From Octopus bimaculoides (Eukaryota): DNA of 64,000 nucleotides. Below, one piece after another: positions 1 through 11,759 of the stretch; position 1 is the stretch's first letter; each line of letters starts with the position of its first letter. A program made the translations under genes and the position numbers. Under the pieces are notes generated by a model, which worked only from the letters and a program-made list of their open reading frames with translations, made no database searches and was not told where the DNA came from. The stretch covers positions 105,430,389 through 105,494,388 of the forward strand of contig NC_068985.1 of the NCBI RefSeq assembly GCF_001194135.2, given 5' to 3'.

Positions 1-10
1 GTGTGTGTGT

Positions 11-252
11 GGAGGCGCGTGGCTTAGTGGTTAGGGTGTCAGCATCATGATCGTAAGATTGTGGTTTCGATTCCTGGACCGAGCGACGCATTGCATTCTT
101 GAGCAAAACACTTCATTTCACGTTGCTGCAGTCCACTCAGCTGGCAAGATTGAGTAACGCTGCGATGGACTGGCGTCCCGTCCAGCTGAGGAACACATAC
201 GCCATTGAAACCAGGCCCATGAACCTGGCTAGGCTTTAAAAGGGCGCATTTA
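11..252 (+). mobile_element. tRNA-derived SINE, family A, with V-domain-like core
   Basis: A box TGGCTTAGTGG (20-30) and B box GGTTTCGATTCC (63-74), then TTCTTGAGCAAAACACTT and CTGCGATGGACTGGCGTCCCGTCCAG. The last motif resembles the V-SINE core as I recall it. Confidence 0.8.
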
Positions 253-280
253 TTAATTTATTTTATACTATATATATAAA

Positions 281-421
281 AATAGAGAGAGACAGAGAGA
301 GAGACAGAGAGAGAGACAGAGAGACCGACAGACAGAGAGTGAGAGTGAGAAAAGTGACATAGATAGATAGATAGATTGATAGAAACAGTTGAACGAAGAG
401 CAGAGAGATAATGAGAAGCAA

Positions 422-452
<31 letters not shown>

Positions 453-480
453 GGCAGACAGACAGACAAACAAACTAAGG
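281..480. repeat. (GA)n/(GACA)n/(GATA)n compound microsatellite
   Basis: Read directly from the sequence. Confidence 0.9.
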
Positions 481-1063
481 AAAGACAGTGCGTTTGAACT
501 TGCATTTAGCAAATATTTGCATCACTGCGGAAAGTCACTTATTTGTAAAAAGAACATATTATTTCAAGTATTTATTTTTGTCAGATTTTACAATGATATT
601 AAAAGTGTATGGTTAATGTAGGCTCTTCTTAATGCAATTGTTATCCCCCTCCCAACGCTCATTTCTATTCTTATTTAGATTATAGCTAATTTGGATCTAT
701 CAAGTCATATCTTTGTCCTTTTGTTTCAGCTTAATCCGGCCCTACTCACGTAAATTAATAATAGTCATAATATTCCTTATGTTTTCATTGTATGCACGGA
801 CAACAAATGTTTGTTTTCTTTGTGTTGTTGGGAATTATTACTACCCCCGAGGGAAGTCTTGTTGTATGCTCAGTAAAATTCAGTTTAGGTCCAGTAAACT
901 TTTCATTGAAAACAACAGAAATAATGACTGTTTGTTTTGTCTGCATTTAGCGTATTTTGTTTACACACACACACGCACGCACACACACACACACACACAT
1001 ATACACACATTCATATGAATATTCATAGATAGACAGATAGATAGATAGATAGATAGATAGATA

Positions 1064-1250
1064 CATTTCTTTTATTAGCCACACAGGGCTCAACAAAGAT
1101 GGGACGAATACAATGTAGAGCTTTTCTTTTTGGGAGGGGGAAAGAAGAAAAAAAAAGAAAAAAAAAAGTAGGGCTGGGTGTCGATCAAAAGGGATCGTAG
1201 GAAGGAAAAAGGGGGGAGTTCGATCAAAAGGGACCGAGAGAGAGAAAAAA
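1064..1250 (-). mobile_element. 3' terminus of a non-LTR retroelement (possibly Tx1-like) next to a (TATC)n tract
   Basis: Minus strand ends ...GTCCCATCTTTGTTGAGCCCTGTGTGGCTAATAAAAGAAAT followed by (TATC)n. It resembles the tail of the SINE B copy near 47774-47825. Assignment to Tx1 rests only on proximity and co-orientation. Confidence 0.4.
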
Positions 1251-1329
1251 AAAATGTATGAATGTATGCATGTGNNNNNNNNNNNNNNNNNNNNNNNNNN
1301 NNNNNNNNNNNNNNNNNNNNNNNNNNNNN

Positions 1330-1370
<41 letters not shown>

Positions 1371-1539
1371 TTGTGTGTGTACACAGCACAGCACATACAT
1401 ACTCAGATACACAGATGAAAAAAAATATATATACATACACATATATGTGTGCGTGCATGTGTGTACATACACAAGCACGTACATATGCATATACACATGC
1501 ACACATATGAAAATATATACATATGTGTGTGTGAATATG

Positions 1540-1540
<1 letters not shown>

Positions 1541-1621
<81 letters not shown>

Positions 1622-1622
1622 A
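1541..1622. repeat. (TAT)n-(TGT)n trinucleotide microsatellite
   Basis: Read directly from the sequence. Confidence 0.95.
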
Positions 1623-1677
1623 TTCGTATACATACAACAGATTAGACTGTTGGAAAAGGAAAAATTCTAACATCAGG

Positions 1678-1920
1678 CTAAAATAGGAAGCGAATGAGGA
1701 GATTTGTGAGTCTTTTACTCCCCAGTCTCCTATCAGCTAGACTCACCCTAACCAGGTATGCATCCAAGATGGCGTTCGAGTCACCCACTAACATTGAAGA
1801 GTTTGACGATTTCCCAAGGAAAACCTCCAAACGTCTGAAGAAATCTGGCTGCCCCGTCCCTGTGGGGGCATAAACAGCGACTAGTGTAAAGGCACCACTT
1901 TCACTATCGCACACGTCCAC
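1678..1920 (-). pseudogene. APE-type endonuclease fragment of a Tx1/L1-like LINE ORF2
   Basis: Peptide AFTLVAVYAPTGTGQPDFFRRLEVFL...LVGDSNAILD matches the LINE endonuclease motifs VYAP and GDFNA (the latter decayed to GDSNA). Confidence 0.8.
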
Positions 1921-3055
1921 AATTTGTGTGGCAATTTACATAAAAGCTGAGGTGAAAGAAATCAAAATGACGGTGTAATGCGATAGAAGTGTACATAGTG
2001 TACAAAGTATGTGAAAGTAAGAATGATACAAACCTCGTAATACAAGAGAAACTCCAACTAGAGCCAAACAAGGAACCCCATAGAACCAGGATTACCCTGA
2101 CTACCAAAGCTACGAGCTCTCTCCCAACTGCTGCTCTACAATCTACAGGCGCATACTTGGAGTAGAGTCATTCACTGTAACCGTTTTTGCAACAGCTAGC
2201 CATCTTTTCACATATTCTCTGGGAAACAACACTTCCCTCTCAACCTTTACTTTCCTTTCCAAGTGAAACTACAAGATGTCGATGAGGGCTTGTGTGGTGG
2301 ACAAGACTGAAAGGATTGATCCTTTCAGTCTTGTCCACCACACAACCTCTTTCATCATAGCCACTTGACAGAGGAACGCCTCCTGTCCTGCCTTGCTAAA
2401 GGCGGGTGGTGGTCGACCTTCACGATGAATTTAGGCGGTAGTTTGTTCCACATACGATAACAGCTGTTCAACCTAGCTCCACAAGAGGGCAATACTCGTA
2501 CATTGCACGAGTGCGTACAGGACAGTTCGCCTAACAGCGTTTCCATGCCTGTAGAGTTTATTTCGAATCGATAAAGCTCCTCGGTAGCATTGCTGGACCA
2601 GGGATTTCTAGAAGTTATCCACAATAGTACTGGGCCCGAAAGTCCTCCGAAATAGACCACCTAGTTCATCCTTATCGACGCCCATTTTCCTTACACACCA
2701 CTAAACTTCTATACATTTCTAACGTAGAAGTTTCCAGTGAGTACTTGATGGCTTTCCAGATGCCTGATACCTAATCTTGGTCCTTCTTTAACCCAGGATT
2801 GCAGTTCCGTCAAAATGATGAGCTGCGGAAAGGCGTGTCTTACAAATCAAGACCACACTGGCTCATTGTTCAGGAAAATCTGCAAGTAGTATGGCTACAG
2901 CGCGTATCCGCGCACTAGCAGCTATGGCATGCGAAACCTACCTTCCAGAGGGCGCTAGCAACGAATGAACCGCTGGACCAGTGGAACAGTGAGCGAATAA
3001 GTAAACGCTCCAGTGTAACTAAACGTGTACTGGGGCAAGTACGACGGTCAGGCAG
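1921..3055 (-). mobile_element. Decayed Tx1/L1-like LINE, ORF2 C-terminal region plus 3' UTR
   Basis: Frameshifted or stopped peptides LVTLERLLIRSLFHW, KSLVQQCYRGALSIRNKLYRHG, TVLYALVQC, AMMKEVVWWTRLKG and FHLERKVKVER are typical of the post-RT, zinc-knuckle region of Tx1-clade ORF2. Confidence 0.7.
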
Positions 3056-3081
3056 TAGGGAATAAGGGAGGTGATGTAAGC

Positions 3082-3222
3082 AGGCGAGCTGGCAGAGTGG
3101 TTACAGCGTTCGACGAAATGCTTAGCGGTATTTCTTTTGGCTTTACTGTCTGAGTTCAAATTCCGCCGAGGTCTTATTACAACATAAGTACCAGTTAAGC
3201 ATTTGGGTCGATTTACTTGACC
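3082..3222 (+). mobile_element. SINE family B, partial
   Basis: GGCGAGCTGGCAGA...GAAATGCTTAGCGGTATTTC...CTGAGTTCAAATTCCGCCGAGGTC, shared with the copy at 47774-48003. Confidence 0.85.
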
Positions 3223-3247
3223 ATTGTGCCTATAGTAGAAAGTATTC

Positions 3248-3249
<2 letters not shown>

Positions 3250-3338
<89 letters not shown>
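3250..3338. repeat. (TAT)n microsatellite
   Basis: Read directly from the sequence. Confidence 0.95.
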
Positions 3339-3339
<1 letters not shown>

Positions 3340-3404
3340 GGCGGCGATCTGGCAGAATCATTAGGACGCTGTGCGAAGTTATTAACGGCATGTACAAAAT
3401 AATA

Positions 3405-3466
3405 TACATGATGACACTTCCAATCAGCAATCAGTTAAGATCAGAAGCCATGAGAGCCACTGCCTG

Positions 3467-3468
<2 letters not shown>
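3405..3468. mobile_element. Terminal fragment of repeat E followed by (TTA)n
   Basis: ACACTTCCAATC...AAGATCAGAAGCCATGAGAGCCACTGCCTGGT matches about 31250-31300. Confidence 0.8.
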
Positions 3469-3523
<55 letters not shown>

Positions 3524-3793
3524 NNNNNNNNNNNNNNNNNNNNNNNNNNNNNNNNNNNNNNNNNNNNNNNNNNNNNNNNNNNNNNNNNNNNNNNNNNNNN
3601 NNNNNNNNNNNNNNNNNNNNNNNNNNNNNNNNNNNNNNNNNNNNNNNNNNNNNNNNNNNNNNNNNNNNNNNNNNNNNNNNNNNNNNNNNNNNNNNNNNNN
3701 NNNNNNNNNNNNNNNNNNNNNNNNNNNNNNNNNNNNNNNNNNNNNNNNNNNNNNNNNNNNNNNNNNNNNNNNNNNNNNNNNNNNNNNNNNNNN

Positions 3794-3843
<50 letters not shown>

Positions 3844-4525
3844 TTTCTTTCTCTCTATCTCTTCCATATGCAAAAGCATCTATCAAACTTTCTACCTGTC
3901 GCTCTCTCTTTCGCTTCTTGCTTTCTATTTTTTTTTACCGTCGTAACTTTCTTTAGTTTTCAGCCATCTTCTTTTTTCTCAGCTGTTCCTGAAAGCAAGA
4001 TGTAATTGCATGTGTATAGTATATAATTAAGCAACCGTGCATGTATGTATGCATATTGTTATGTATATCTATAATCAGTGCAAATAACGAGAAAATATAA
4101 TGAAGGAAGAGAACTAACAATGTTTTCTGAGGAGATATAAGCGTTTGTCAACGCTTTTGGCAGAATTGAAATAACGACCTTTTGGCAGAATTGAAATGAC
4201 GTAGGTATGTGTATATATATACATACAGGAAGTGAAAAAGGGACGAGACAGGTAATCTCGTTTACTTCCTGTTAAAAAGGAGAAGTCAGAATACAGCAGG
4301 GACATTGCGTGGATAGTACAAAATACGAGAGGGAGCTGCATACGGATCGGACCGTTCACCACCTACCTTTGAATAATCGAGGACTAGACATGAAATTCTT
4401 TGTGTATTATACCTGTTGTTACATAATTTCAATCTTTGAATATTAATTCCCTGTTTGTACAATTTCTGTTGTTTCTGAACAGAAGTTTACCCCTTTTATA
4501 CATAAGAAATTGCCTGATCGTAACA

Positions 4526-4556
<31 letters not shown>

Positions 4557-4694
4557 TGTATGTATGTATGTATGTATGTATGTATGCATACATGTATCTA
4601 TATATGTTCTCTTACTCTTTTTAACTTTGAATATATTTTCACTTGCCACATACTTGTGAAGGAAAGAGTCTTGATTTAACCATCGTCCGGTTTG

Positions 4695-4777
4695 GATCGG
4701 CCCGAGGCTATAGTAGAAGATACTTGCCCAAGGTTCCACGCTGTGGACTGAGCCCAGAAACATACACTCGGGAAGTA
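4695..4777 (-). mobile_element. SINE family D, 5' fragment
   Basis: GGCCCGAGGCTATAGTAGAAGATACTTGCCCAAGGTTCCACGC is the reverse complement of the head of 58789-59052. Confidence 0.8.
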
Positions 4778-4913
4778 ATATATATATATAATTTACTTTC
4801 TTGTTAAAGTAAAATCAACAAATAAGTACTCCATTTGGTGAGTGATAAACATTGTTTAATGTACATGGTATAAATTATGAATTACTAATAGAAGAAACAT
4901 GGTTAGCGTAGCT

Positions 4914-5110
4914 GTGTCTGAAGAACAACACCACGCCTCATACAATCGAGGGGGAAATCGTAGAAAAATCCATACCATATGTTAATGGATAAAAATTGCA
5001 ATTTGTGCGAAACCGAAAGATCGTATTTCCTTTATAGATCCAAGACTTCCACCACATTGCTGAATTTTAGAACAGAAATTTTCAGCAAATGGAAACACCT
5101 GGACAAGTGA
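4914..5110 (+). pseudogene. Penelope-like element, C-terminal part of the GIY-YIG endonuclease
   Basis: CLKNNTTPHTIEGEIVEKSIPYVNG, a frameshift, then KNCNLCETERSYFLYRSKTSTTLLNFRTEIFSKWKHLDK*. This fits the PLE pattern W.I...PY...C.LC..E...LN.R.E...C.H. Confidence 0.75.
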
Positions 5111-6206
5111 ATTAGAGAATACCACACTCTCCGGATTGAGCAGCTGTATGGGAAACTTTCGACTCATTCCGTTGGATTCTACACCATCTAGCCACACGGC
5201 TCTACAGTTAAAAGGGGCGTAGCTCTAATTCCCCTTTTCTCTTTTTCTTACTTTTCCGTTTTTTTTTTTTTCACCATTCCACTTTTTGAGCTCACCTTCA
5301 TCTCGTTTTTTTTTTCTTAGGATTTCTCAAGTTCTATTGTCCTGATTTCTAACTTGTATAGACCATGTGCCCAGAGTCTGCAGATTACCTGGAGACACTA
5401 GGTGTATTTTAAAAACTACCTAGATGATATCTTCAATGTATGAAACTACTAGTAGCTCATGATTATATATTGTATACATTAAACAATGTGTGTGTGTGTA
5501 CCATAGCCATTAGAAAATATTTCCGCGAGCTATATGTTTATAAATAGAGCTGAATGTAGTGATACAATGGAGTTTCAGTTCCATTGTGTCTCATAAAGTA
5601 TGCTGCTCAGTCATCTCCGCATTTTGATCATTCATTGTTAAACTCTCCTTTCTTCAAAGCTTCTCTGATTCACTTCCTTTTCTAATTCTGCTTATATTTT
5701 TCCATTTCTTTACCCATCTTTTTTTTTGTCTGTCATAAAATACGATTTCTCAAACATAATTGTAAGCTGGTTATACAATTTGATGGCTATTCACAAAATA
5801 TCTCTCGTCTATTCTAGGCATTTATTACTGAACAAGGCAAATATCATTGTCATTTATTCTAACATCATGTGCCATTCTGTAGCACTTATTTAAGCGCTAT
5901 CCCAAAGCTTGGATTTCTCTTGCATCAATGAGGAGACAATGTATCGAAGACCGTAAAGCAGTTATAAGAATAGGTTCTAATTCCAGATGGACCATTTCAT
6001 TTTACTTACACGCTCGGACAAATATTTCTGATTTTCCTTAATTTTCCCTTAACTCTGAAGACAAAATATTTCATAGTAATACAATGATCCAGGAAGACTT
6101 ATGGGATAGTTTTACTTGAACTCTTTTTATATGATTAATACATATTTCATTTAGATTAACGTTCACTGTTGATGTTATTATCACAGTTGTTGTTGCTGTT
6201 GTTGCT

Positions 6207-6705
6207 GTTGAATCAACGAAATTGGAACTTGAACCGCCAAAGATTGTACTTGAACCAATGGAGATGGTATTTAAATCAATGAAACTAACACTTGAATCAA
6301 CGAAGCTGGTTCTTGACTCAGTGAAGTATGTACTTGGGCCACCAAATCTGATATATGGAACAACGAAACAGCTACTTGAGTCAACAAAACTAATGTTTGA
6401 ACCAATGAAGTTAATACGAGAACAAACAAAGCTAATTTTTGAAACTATCGAACTAGTTTGTATTTTTGTTAACCAAAGGAATTAATGCTTGAACAACAGA
6501 AGCAGGTATTTTAAAATATCTGTTAGTCAATGAAATTAATACATAAAGCAACAAGATTAGAACATTGATCAACTACTATAGTATTTGAATCTACGAAACT
6601 CGACCTTGAACTAACAAAGCTAAAACTAAAGACAAACAGATACATTACTAAGCTAATGAATTGAAAACTAACCAAAGCCCCAGAACTATACACACATGCG
6701 CTCAC
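6207..6705 (+). repeat. Degenerate 21-bp tandem repeat encoding L-E-x-x-K-L-x heptads (possible exon or pseudo-exon)
   Basis: Twelve stop-free heptads at 6207-6458 (VESTKLE LEPPKIV LEPMEMV FKSMKLT LESTKLV ... FETIELV), then a frameshift and further units containing stops. Confidence 0.75.
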
Positions 6706-6811
6706 ACACACATAAGGAAACGAATAGTGAGTGCCCATAAGCGACAGAAACATTTAGAAATAACTTTAACTCTTCAATTTCTTCAATAAATAAAGATACA
6801 GCGGAAGTAGC

Positions 6812-7220
6812 AAGAAGCTATGGACGCAGAATTGGCTCTCTGGTAAGAAGCTTGCTTCCACCCACACTGTTTCTGGTTCAGTCCCACTGTGCAGCAACTT
6901 AGGAGAGTGTATTTTACCAGAGCTTCCTGCCGATTTAATGTCTTGTGACTAGATGTGTGTGTGTGTGCGCAAGCGTGTGTGTGCGTGTTTGTGTGTGTGT
7001 GGGGGGGGGGGGGAATATGTGTGCATACAAGTGAAAGACTTTGACTTCCCTACCACATCACTTGGCAGCCTGTCTTGGTTTCTTGTCCCTGTAACTTAAC
7101 GGTTCTCGGGGAAGAACCGATAGATTAAGTCCTAGGCATACAAAGAGCATTGGGGTCGACTTGTTCCTCAAGGCGGTGCCCCAGCATAGCTGTAGTCCGA
7201 TGACTGAGACAAGTAAAAAA
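6812..7220 (+). mobile_element. SINE family D, decayed, with internal (TG)n
   Basis: Head GGTAAGAAGCTTGCTTCC...GGTTCAGTCCCACTG, central (TG)n, tail GGCGGTGCCCCAGCATAGC...TGACTGAGACAAGTAAAA. Confidence 0.75.
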
Positions 7221-8109
7221 TAAAAGTTGTAATAGTCACTGCTGAAAAGGTTGCTCAATTTGGAATTGACCTGGGGTTAAACAACAACAAAAACAAAAAC
7301 ACCAGCAAACGATAAACAAAAACACCAACAAAAGAGAAAACAACAACAAAAAATAGTACTTTAACCAATTTCAACTAAAAGAAAAAGTATTTTATGCATT
7401 TTTTTCTAAAATCCTCAAACAGAGAGCATGTGTCTTTCATTTTATATTTAATAATCTACCATTGTTGGAAAGAAACGGAATAAAAGGAAAACAGATGGCT
7501 TTGAATAAAACTACAAGCTATCTATAGTTTATAGATTACTGTGTCTGATAGAGACAGCCAAAATATGGACTAACAAAAGTCGAGTAATGAGTGATGTTTA
7601 CAAAATAACTATTCTTAAAAGCTATGTTGAAGACAGTTATGCGATATATTTTGTGTGCATTTCGTCTTAACAATTCTCTGTACAGTATAATGTTACAGTT
7701 GCTATTTTTTCATATTGTTTTTCATAAACAGACAAAAGAACGCATGGCTAAGCGTATGGACACACACACATGTAAGCATGTACGTATGTATATGTACATA
7801 CCTTCACATTTATATATACATATATATAGAGGCACACATACACACATTATATATAACAACAGACACATATAAATATAAATATATATTTATATCTATATAT
7901 GTATTTATTTACGTGTATGTGTGTATGTATGAATATTAAACAATTGACAAATTGACAGTTGTAATGAAAAGGAGAGCGAGAAAGTAGCGTGAGTGTCTGC
8001 GTGTATGTGTGTGTGTTTGCATCTGTGTGTGTGAGTGTGCATGTGCACACACACATATATATTTATATGCATATGCATATGTATATCTATCTATCTATCT
8101 ATCTATCTA

Positions 8110-8161
<52 letters not shown>

Positions 8162-9592
8162 NNNNNNNNNNNNNNNNNNNNNNNNNNNNNNNNNNNNNNN
8201 NNNNNNNNNNNNNNNNNNNNNNNNNNNNNNNNNNNNNNNNNNNNNNNNNNNNNNNNNNNNNNNNNNNNNNNNNNNNNNNNNNNNNNNNNNNNNNNNNNNN
8301 NNNNNNNNNNNNNNNNNNNNNNNNNNNNNNNNNNNNNNNNNNNNNNNNNNNNNNNNNNNNNNNNNNNNNNNNNNNNNNNNNNNNNNNNNNNNNNNNNNNN
8401 NNNNNNNNNNNNNNNNNNNNNNNNNNNNNNNNNNNNNNNNNNNNNNNNNNNNNNNNNNNNNNNNNNNNNNNNNNNNNNNNNNNNNNNNNNNNNNNNNNNN
8501 NNNNNNNNNNNNNNNNNNNNNNNNNNNNNNNNNNNNNNNNNNNNNNNNNNNNNNNNNNNNNNNNNNNNNNNNNNNNNNNNNNNNNNNNNNNNNNNNNNNN
8601 NNNNNNNNNNNNNNNNNNNNNNNNNNNATATATATATATATATAGGTGTATGTACGCATATATATATATTTATAAAGCACATACATATATACGTGTATAT
8701 GTATGTCCATATGTGTGTATGCTTTCACTATGTGCAACAGAAGCAGTATTACTTTAAAATCACTATCTCTGTATCATACTCAAAGCAGATATATCCTAGA
8801 ATGCCTAATTAAGTGTGGTATTCTCTTATAGACGTACAGTTTTCAAACCACATAAATTTTATCTGTAGCAGACGAAGATTGGTTTCAGCTTTAAGAACTC
8901 TTTGTTTTATCCCTATTTAGTGAATTTTATTCCCTATCCTGGATTTATTTTAATTATTCCAATTATATGAACTGTAAAATCATATTTCAAAATGACTATT
9001 TATTTTCCGTTTCCTTAAATTTTTTCCCGGTTTTTAATTTTTACAATTGTTGATTTAAATAGAGCCTGCCAAATTTGCGAATATCCCTTCGATTTGTGTT
9101 AATATAAATTTCAATTTATTTAATGTCTTCGAATTAATCTAATCCGGATCTCAATTAATAAAAGCTCACAAATAAATATTAACCCGTACGCTTTACGTTT
9201 TTGACCAACGCAAATATATTTATCTACACGTTTATTTACACATTATTTAAACAAACGACATGGTTTTGGATATAAATTATACTGTCGGTTTGGAGGATCT
9301 TTCAATTGTAATAGAAAATAGTTTTCTTTAAAAACAATGTTGTTTTATATGCTTTAGCTAATCAGCGACAAATCGATTTGTTTATTTAAACAATAGCATT
9401 GTTCAATTAATTAAAATTTAGAAGCAAATGTAACCGATCCTTCAACATATTTTTCTAAATATAACGTGTTGTATTTTTTTTTTATCTTACACTACATACT
9501 TCTATCTTTTCTTTTCTTTCTTCCTTCTGTTTCCTTTTCGACTGTAAATCTTCTGAATCATGTCATTGCAGTTGATATAAATGCAATGATAA

Positions 9593-9790
9593 AGGCGGCT
9601 GAGTCGTTGGCAAGCTGGGTAAAAAGCCTAGCAACATTTAGTTCTTCTTTACTCTCTGAGTTCAAGTTCCGCCAAGGTTGGCTTTGCCTTACCATCCAAT
9701 TGGAGTCGATCAAATATAAGTATCAGTTGATCAATGGGATCGAACGACTTATACACTCCACCGAAATTGCTGGCCTTGTGCCGAAGTTTG
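9593..9790 (+). mobile_element. SINE family B, decayed
   Basis: CTGAGTTCAAGTTCCGCCAAGGTTGGCTTTGCC...GCTGGCCTTGTGCC. Confidence 0.7.
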
Positions 9791-9899
9791 AAACCAGTAG
9801 AAATGCAATGAGGCGAACTTGATTTTAAAAATATTTCAATTGAGAAACGTAATTGCAGCTCTTAAGCTATTGTTCTCAGTAGTTTAATATCTTCTATAT

Positions 9900-10908
9900 T
9901 ACAGACTTTTTTTTATCCTTTCTTGAATTTTGGATTCCTGTGAGGAAATGCCGTTTGATTCAAAAGGTGCAACTATTTTTCACATTCTCAAGTCTTTCCT
10001 TTCTGAACGTAGTATCCCACTCAGTAATATTCTTACCTGTGCGTCTGATGGAGCCCCTTCGATGATAGGAAGATACAGAGGTTTTTCATCTCTCCTAAAG
10101 CATGAAATTTCCCACCAGGTACTAACTGTTCATTACTTGGCACACTGGCAGCATTAGTGGCAAAAAATATGAACAGTAGATTGAATGATGCGCTACAGTT
10201 AGTTATCAAGACTGTGAACAAATTGAAGTCCAGTCCCTTGTCTGATCGAATTTTCCGTCAACTCTGTCTGAGGATTATACTAAACTCCTAAACTCCTAAA
10301 CCATACCGAAGTGCAGTGGCTGTCAAAAGGAAAGTGTGTTTTACACTTTGTCGAACTGTTTCACTTAATCATATCTTTCTTTGAAGATACTCCAAAATCT
10401 GCTTCATTGATGGTTGCAAGATGCGATATCTTTTTTTTTTTTTTTTTTTTTTTTGTGATATAGTCAAGAAACTAAGTGATTTGATTAAGTTATTTCAAGA
10501 AAACAGAAAAACTCTCGTTGATTGTAAATCATTTATCACTCACGTCATTTTGAAAATGGTGCTGTATAAGACTAACATTTCAAAATGTCAATTTCCACAA
10601 CTTGATTTTTTGAAAGATGAATTGAAAGATGAATTGGATTTAACTACATATCGCATGGTGGAGCAATTTCAAGATGTTATTGTGCTGAATATTCCAAACT
10701 GGTATAGCAATCCGTTTGGGGTCGATGCAGTTGATTGCGAGGACGATGTTCATCAGGAATTGATAGAATTACAAAATGACAATGACGCCACAATGCGATG
10801 TCGCCGTAATGGCAAAGGAGGTTTATGGTAGCATCAAAGTATATTGAATTCCTACCCCAATTTGTGGAAACATCTCAAATTACTTTTGCTTGCCTTCCCT
10901 ACCTCATA
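9900..10908 (+). pseudogene. hAT transposase relic (Buster/Charlie, SCAND3-like)
   Basis: CEEMPFDSKGATIFHILKSFLSERSIPLSNILTCASDGAPSMIGRYRGF, then HTEVQWLSKG, and the C-terminal LLAFPTSY dimerisation motif. Multiple stops and frameshifts. Confidence 0.9.
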
Positions 10909-11670
10909 CTTTTGCCGCGACCGCTAAGTTACAGGGGCGTAAACACAACAACATTAGTTGTCAAGCGATGGTGGTGGGGGCAAACACAGACATAAACACA
11001 CAAATATATATATATATANNNNNNNNNNNNNNNNNNNNNNNNNNNNNNNNNNNNNNNNNNNNNNNNNNNNNNNNNNNNNNNNNNNNNNNNNNNNNNNNNN
11101 NNNNNNNNNNNNNNNNNNNNNNNNNNNNNNNNNNNNNNNNNNNNNNNNNNNNNNNNNNNNNNNNNNNNNNNNNNNNNNNNNNNNNNNNNNNNNNNNNNNN
11201 NNNNNNNNNNNNNNNNNNNNNNNNNNNNNNNNNNNNNNNNNNNNNNNNNNNNNNNNNNNNNNNNNNNNNNNNNNNNNNNNNNNNNNNNNNNNNNNNNNNN
11301 NNNNNNNNNNNNNNNNNNNNNNNNNNNNNNNNNNNNNNNNNNNNNNNNNNNNNNNNNNNNNNNNNNNNNNNNNNNNNNNNNNNNNNNNNNNNNNNNNNNN
11401 NNNNNNNNNNNNNNNNNNNNNNNNNNNNNNNNNNNNNNNNNNNNNNNNNNNNNNNNNNNNNNNNNNNNNNNNNNNNNNNNNNNNNNNNNNNNNNNNNNNN
11501 NNNNNNNNNNNNNNNNNNNNNNNNNNNNNNNNNNNNNNATATACAACAGGCTTCTTTCAGTTTCCGTCCACCAAATCCACTCACAAGACTTTGGTTGGCC
11601 CGAGGCTATAGTAGAAGAAACTAGTGTAAGATGCCACGCAGTGGAACTGAACTCGGAACCGCGTGGTTCC
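10909..11670 (-). mobile_element. SINE family D spanning a gap in its internal microsatellite
   Basis: Tail-side sequence at 10909-11000 (CCGCTAAGTTAC...GTTGTCAAGCGATGG) and head-side sequence at 11545-11670 (TTCTTTCAGTTTCCGTC...GGCCCGAGGCTATAGTAGAAGA) flank the gap at 11019-11538. Confidence 0.85.
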
Positions 11671-11708
11671 GGTTTTAGTTCCTAAAAGAATAAAGAATAA
11701 AAGAATGA

Positions 11709-11759
<51 letters not shown>

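Noticed and set aside
186-235. CTGAGGA...GAAAC hammerhead-like spacing
   Set aside because: No stem II pairing, and it lies within the SINE A body.
5436-5478. Possible hammerhead remnant downstream of the PLE fragment
   Set aside because: The core is interrupted (CTAGATGA) and the cleavage triplet does not pair.
6010-6054. 45-bp minus-strand micro-exon candidate (VKGKLRKIRNICPS)
   Set aside because: Good splice signals, but too short to separate from chance without expression data.
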